A program made the translations under genes and the position numbers. A DNA stretch of 64,000 nucleotides from contig OZ242265.1 of NCBI GenBank assembly GCA_965207165.1, positions 278,415 through 342,414 of the forward strand, given 5' to 3'. The notes under the pieces are model-generated. The model saw only the letters and a program-made list of their open reading frames with translations, searched no databases and was not told where the DNA came from. Every line of letters starts with the position of its first letter. The first letter of the stretch is position 1. Of this stretch, positions 59,985 to 64,000 are shown piece by piece. This DNA comes from Gammaproteobacteria bacterium. Lineage in GTDB: Bacteria; Pseudomonadota; Gammaproteobacteria; Eutrophobiales; Eutrophobiaceae.

Positions 59985-60824
59985 CTAATCCGGTTTGTTA
60001 TGATGCGCTTTGCGTCCCAAGCGGCGGGCTAGGGACTTAATCTTGACGGTGCGTTCAATACCCATCGGGTGAGTAATGCTGTAGCCCTGGCGGCGTTTTT
60101 GCAGGCTGTAGAGTGCTTCTTCCAGCCTTATCGCGCCAGCGAGGTCATAACCGGCTTCATGAGCCCAAACGGCACCGAGGTAATCGGCCTCCCTTTCATT
60201 GTCGCGACTGAATCGGTTCGCCTCAAAGGTAACGTTGCTGCGTTTCTCACTACGTTCTCTTCCGTGGTTTAGTTTAAGGTGGGCGAGTTCGTGGCCTAAG
60301 AGGGCAGCGGTCATGTGGACATCGTTGCCGAGCATATCAAGCATAGCCAGGTTCAGTCTGACAATGGGTAGTCTGACGGTGTTGTTCTTATCGTTCGGCG
60401 CATCGAAAAGGTTGGTGCGCGCAGGCACGACCGTTTCTCCCCGTTTGAGTTTTAGCGCGTCGGCATCTTTGGGTGTGGGCAGGTCAGGCAGTTGTTTAGG
60501 AAAGCGGCGGTACCCGGCGAAGGCGTTGGGGGAGTCGGATTTATCTTTTGTTCTCTGGTGGATAAGTAGCTGAGCAGGTGTCTCGGAGGCCTCGATTATG
60601 CTTTGCATTACCGCGTAGAGATAAAGGACCTGTTTGCGCTCTACGGTCGTTACTGTTGTGTTGTGGACGGTAAGGTGTATGACGGGGGCGTCCACCTTGG
60701 CGAGTTCTTCGATGAGCCAGGTCTGCTCGGGTAACAAGGCGGTGGGAGCAGTCGCAGCAATGAATGAGTGCAGACAAAGATAGAGAGCGGCCAGCTGTAT
60801 AACATGTTGGGGAACCTGAGTCAT
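59985..60824 (-). CDS. M48-family Zn metallopeptidase
   Basis: PNAFA, LGHELAH, SRDNEREADYLG and THP..ER motifs; hydrophobic N-terminus; start uncertain (60824 or 60887). Confidence 0.85.
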   Translation of the reverse strand: MTQVPQHVIQLAALYLCLHSFIAATAPTALLPEQTWLIEELAKVDAPVIHLTVHNTTVTTVERKQVLYLYAVMQSIIEASETPAQLLIHQRTKDKSDSPNAFAGYRRFPKQLPDLPTPKDADALKLKRGETVVPARTNLFDAPNDKNNTVRLPIVRLNLAMLDMLGNDVHMTAALLGHELAHLKLNHGRERSEKRSNVTFEANRFSRDNEREADYLGAVWAHEAGYDLAGAIRLEEALYSLQKRRQGYSITHPMGIERTVKIKSLARRLGRKAHHNKPD

Positions 60825-60952
60825 TTTATTTGTCACGCTAAGTAATAGTATTATATCTGCATACTTAATGTGGTGAGCTAGAAACATCTTTTAATGATCA
60901 ACAAAGCAACTGATAACAGTTGCCGTTGAAATGAACCGTTGGAAAAGACAGC

Positions 60953-63880
60953 ATGGGGGTTGGATCATATTTCTCGTGTCATACAAACACGATTGGAAAG
61001 TTTGGAGATTCTGTGCACGTTAGACGAACAAGGATAGCCTCGTTCATCTTCGCGTTTCTCCATCCGGGAGACGCGAAAGCCGCCATGGTCAATGGGGATA
61101 TACTGGAACTGGAAGACACATTTGGGTCGACGGAAATTCACGTTCGGAATATCCATTCGGCAGATATAGCGAATGGCTGGTTCTGGAGCGGTACTCAAAT
61201 CCGCTCATTATCCCAGGTAGTGACTGTATCCGGGTTGTCCCGAGCCACCGCAGAGACCTTCGTAACCGCATTGGAGAGAGCAAGAGTCCGCTGGTGGTCA
61301 AAAACTCTTACAGCAAACAACGAGGCACTCCGTTCCGTGTATGACCGCTTGGAACAGTTTACAGACCCATCCCGATACATAACTCACAGCATGGTTACAA
61401 ATCTGGAGGACGAAGCCAGGGACGTGGTTGACCAGTTCCCTTCACAATGGCCCGACAGTCTGTCCGGAAATATAGAAATCCGCATGTTGGAAGCTGCACA
61501 GGACTTCTTAATTAACCCAAGGGACCGACGGGCGAATGCTAATGCTATTTTTGTGGTTGATGAGTTGAATCGATCAAAGGTACTCTTCGACAAAATCGAA
61601 TCCAGGCCTCTCACTGACGAGCAGCGCAGAGCGGTCGTCGTTGACGAGGACAGAAACTTGGTAGTTGCGGCTGCAGGCAGCGGTAAGACCTCTGTGATCG
61701 TGGCAAAAGCGGGCTGGGTTATCTTAAAACAATATCGGCAGCCATCAGAATTGCTACTGCTGGCATTCGCAAGAGATGCCCAGAAAGAAATGGAAGACAG
61801 GGTTCGTAATCGCCTCGGTATCAGAGTGGGAGCCCAGATTACCGTTCGAACCTTCCATAGCCTGGGCATGGCTATCATTGGCGAGGTAGAACGCAAGCGC
61901 CCGGCGCTGTCGAGGGTGGCCGAGGATGAAAAGGCCCTATTGGCTCTGTTGAAAGGTATCATTACCGATTTGGTCACCAATCTGGAATTCTCGAAGATCA
62001 TGCTCAGGTGGTTCCAGGAATTTTTCGCGCCCTATCGCAGTGAACACGACTTTCGAACACAGGGTGAATACTGGAATTACATCCGTACAAACGAGATCCG
62101 GTCGCTGCAAGGCGAAAAGGTCAAAAGTTTTGAGGAGTGCATAATCGCCAACTTCCTATATCTCAACGGCGTAACCTATAAATACGAACGTCCCTACGAG
62201 CACGAAACTGCTACGCCAGAAAAAACGCAATATCTCCCGGACTTCACCCTTCCGGATTCCGGGATTTACATCGAACATTTTGCACTCTCCAAGTCGGGTA
62301 ATCCTCCTCCATTCATAAACAGAACGGACTATCTTGAGTCGATGGCATGGAAGCAGGAGCTCCACGCTGAACACGGCACGGTACTCATTGAAACCTTCAG
62401 CCATGAAAACGCCGATGGCAAGCTGACTCAGCGACTGGCTGCCAAACTGGCCGACCATGGGGTAACACTCTCTCCGATACCCACCGACAAGACCTTTGCC
62501 ATCCTGGAGGAGCAAGGTCGAATAGACCCATTCACGCGCCTGGTTGCCACTTTCCTAGAGCACTACAAGGGAGCGCAGTTATCTACCGAAGAAATTGCCA
62601 GGCGGGCCGCGAAAGCGCCCAACCGACTGCGGGCTGAGGCCTTTGTTTCCGTCTTTAAACCGATTTTCGAGCGTTATGAGGCTTTTCTGGATTGCCAACA
62701 GCAGGTCGACTTCAACAGCATGATCAGTAAAGCGACGGAACACGTGGAGAAAGGGCGCTACCGTTCCCCATTCGGCTACATACTCGTTGATGAGTTCCAG
62801 GACATTTCACCGGGAAGGGCGCGGCTATTGAAGGCGTTGCTGGATGCATCCGATTCAGCACAGTTGTTTGCCGTCGGTGATGACTGGCAGGCCATCTACC
62901 GGTTTACCGGCTCGGACATTGCCATTATGCGAGAGTTTCGGGAGAGGTTCGGTGAGAGTGAACGCATCAACCTGGAGACAACATTCCGGTGTTCGAATCG
63001 CATTGCTGACATTGCAACGGAATTTGTTCTAAAAAATCCTTCACAAATTCGCAAGAATGTTACCACCGTACACCAGGCCAATAAGCCTGGTGTGCATATC
63101 GGCCTATCCTCAGATGGTTGTCCCGATTTGCTCAGGGAGTCACTGAATAAGATTGCCGCAGACGTAGCGGAGAGCGGCGAGCAGTCTACGGTTTTGTTGT
63201 TGGGCCGGTACTGGCGCTCCCAGCCTAAGAACATTAGTGAGTTGAAGAGGGAATATCGCATTCTTAAGCTTACTTACATGACTGTGCACCGATCAAAAGG
63301 TCTTGAGGCCGACTACGTTGTGGTGCTGGACCTGTGCTCCGGGAATTATGGCTTTCCCTCAGAGTTTAATGATGATCCTATACTTGATCTCGTTCTTGCA
63401 GCGCCAGAGGAACATCCCAATGCCGAGGAGCGGCGTCTGTTTTATGTCGCCATGACGCGGGCCAGGCGTGGTGTCTATCTTCTTGCTGATAGCGGACCGC
63501 CTTCTTCATTCGTCAGGGAATTGATACAGGACGGTTATGATGTAACCGTATTCGGTCGACCGCTGGACAAGGATGTTGCCTGTCCGAAATGTGAAGATGG
63601 TCGCCTTGAGCAGAGAGAAAACTCTCAGGATGGGGGCAAGTTTTACGGCTGCTCAAACTGGCCATACTGCGACTACACACAGTCTGCATGCCCCATTTGC
63701 AGAAATGGACTCCTGGTAAAAACCGGCGAGAAGTACCGTTGTCGTGACTGCGGTCATTCCGTCCAGATATGCCCGAATTGCGACGGATGGTTGCTGACGA
63801 AGAGTGGGAAATATGGCATGTTTTTCGGTTGCTCAAATTATCCCATCTGTGACTACTCCCGAAACACCAATAGAACTTAA
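60953..63880 (+). CDS. helD: UvrD-family DNA helicase IV-like protein with PD-(D/E)xK-like insert and C-terminal topoisomerase-type Zn ribbons
   Basis: AAAGSGKT, VDEFQD, GDDWQAIYRF, TVHRSKGLE and EERRLFYVAMTRAR motifs; C-terminal CPKC..FYGCSNWPYC repeats; true start may be slightly downstream. Confidence 0.88.
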   Translation: MGVGSYFSCHTNTIGKFGDSVHVRRTRIASFIFAFLHPGDAKAAMVNGDILELEDTFGSTEIHVRNIHSADIANGWFWSGTQIRSLSQVVTVSGLSRATAETFVTALERARVRWWSKTLTANNEALRSVYDRLEQFTDPSRYITHSMVTNLEDEARDVVDQFPSQWPDSLSGNIEIRMLEAAQDFLINPRDRRANANAIFVVDELNRSKVLFDKIESRPLTDEQRRAVVVDEDRNLVVAAAGSGKTSVIVAKAGWVILKQYRQPSELLLLAFARDAQKEMEDRVRNRLGIRVGAQITVRTFHSLGMAIIGEVERKRPALSRVAEDEKALLALLKGIITDLVTNLEFSKIMLRWFQEFFAPYRSEHDFRTQGEYWNYIRTNEIRSLQGEKVKSFEECIIANFLYLNGVTYKYERPYEHETATPEKTQYLPDFTLPDSGIYIEHFALSKSGNPPPFINRTDYLESMAWKQELHAEHGTVLIETFSHENADGKLTQRLAAKLADHGVTLSPIPTDKTFAILEEQGRIDPFTRLVATFLEHYKGAQLSTEEIARRAAKAPNRLRAEAFVSVFKPIFERYEAFLDCQQQVDFNSMISKATEHVEKGRYRSPFGYILVDEFQDISPGRARLLKALLDASDSAQLFAVGDDWQAIYRFTGSDIAIMREFRERFGESERINLETTFRCSNRIADIATEFVLKNPSQIRKNVTTVHQANKPGVHIGLSSDGCPDLLRESLNKIAADVAESGEQSTVLLLGRYWRSQPKNISELKREYRILKLTYMTVHRSKGLEADYVVVLDLCSGNYGFPSEFNDDPILDLVLAAPEEHPNAEERRLFYVAMTRARRGVYLLADSGPPSSFVRELIQDGYDVTVFGRPLDKDVACPKCEDGRLEQRENSQDGGKFYGCSNWPYCDYTQSACPICRNGLLVKTGEKYRCRDCGHSVQICPNCDGWLLTKSGKYGMFFGCSNYPICDYSRNTNRT

Positions 63881-64000
63881 TTACCATCAACTAAAAGATT
63901 GGCCTGGGTTTGACGGTGGACAGTTCTACCAGGCCGAACAGCCTGTTGAACATGTTCATCCGCCCCATCTCATCCGAGAAGGCTGAAGGTGGCCCGCCCT

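Larger units (their letters stand above)
58274..64000. mobile_element. Left part of a P4-like integrase-driven genomic island (continues beyond the window)
   Basis: Truncated LysR, IHF-consensus site, tandem arm-type repeats, integrase and accessory cargo genes. Confidence 0.75.

Noticed and set aside
59559-60040. Small ORFs between the integrase and the peptidase (possible excisionase)
   Set aside because: No AlpA/HTH pattern or clear RBS, and they overlap neighbouring genes.
63893-64000. 3' end of a minus-strand ORF at the window edge (...MNMFNRLFGLVELSTVKPRPIF*)
   Set aside because: Too short to identify or to confirm as coding.

Overview
This window looks like chromosome from a gammaproteobacterium, judging by clpS-clpA, aceA, dapE, cysB/cysH, birA-coaX and a TtpC-type TonB2 cluster. 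All protein assignments come from motif reading, not database searches. The left ~19.6 kb appears to be one regulon. Four promoters (about 6640, 9750, 9950 and 19560) each overlap a copy of the same 14-bp LacI-type operator, TA(G/T)AAACG(A/T)(T/A)(A/T)(C/A)TA, and two of them share 20 identical bases. The regulon links four units: (i) a LolA-like/DUF1329 + MMPL/RND + DUF1302-like outer-membrane module followed by CoxG/CoxM molybdo-hydroxylase genes; (ii) cupin, PNPOx-like, DUF1355-like GATase and the LacI regulator; (iii) a divergent nicotinamide phosphoribosyltransferase + HAD phosphatase + SnoaL protein; (iv) an ExbB-ExbD-ExbD motor whose TonB-like partner ends in a vWA domain, plus a TPR protein and possibly an AOR-family enzyme. 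Directly adjacent are a signal-peptide-bearing nucleoside hydrolase and a ribose-type ABC importer. Together these suggest an undescribed envelope-spanning uptake and conversion system for an N-heterocyclic nucleoside or base; this is inference and the substrate is unknown. The middle of the window is mostly housekeeping, with heptamer/nonamer repeats and a MITE-like hairpin. The right end is the edge of a P4-type integrative element inserted into a LysR gene, carrying an M48 peptidase and a helicase IV with a nuclease-like insert and Zn ribbons. No rRNA, tRNA or CRISPR array was found.
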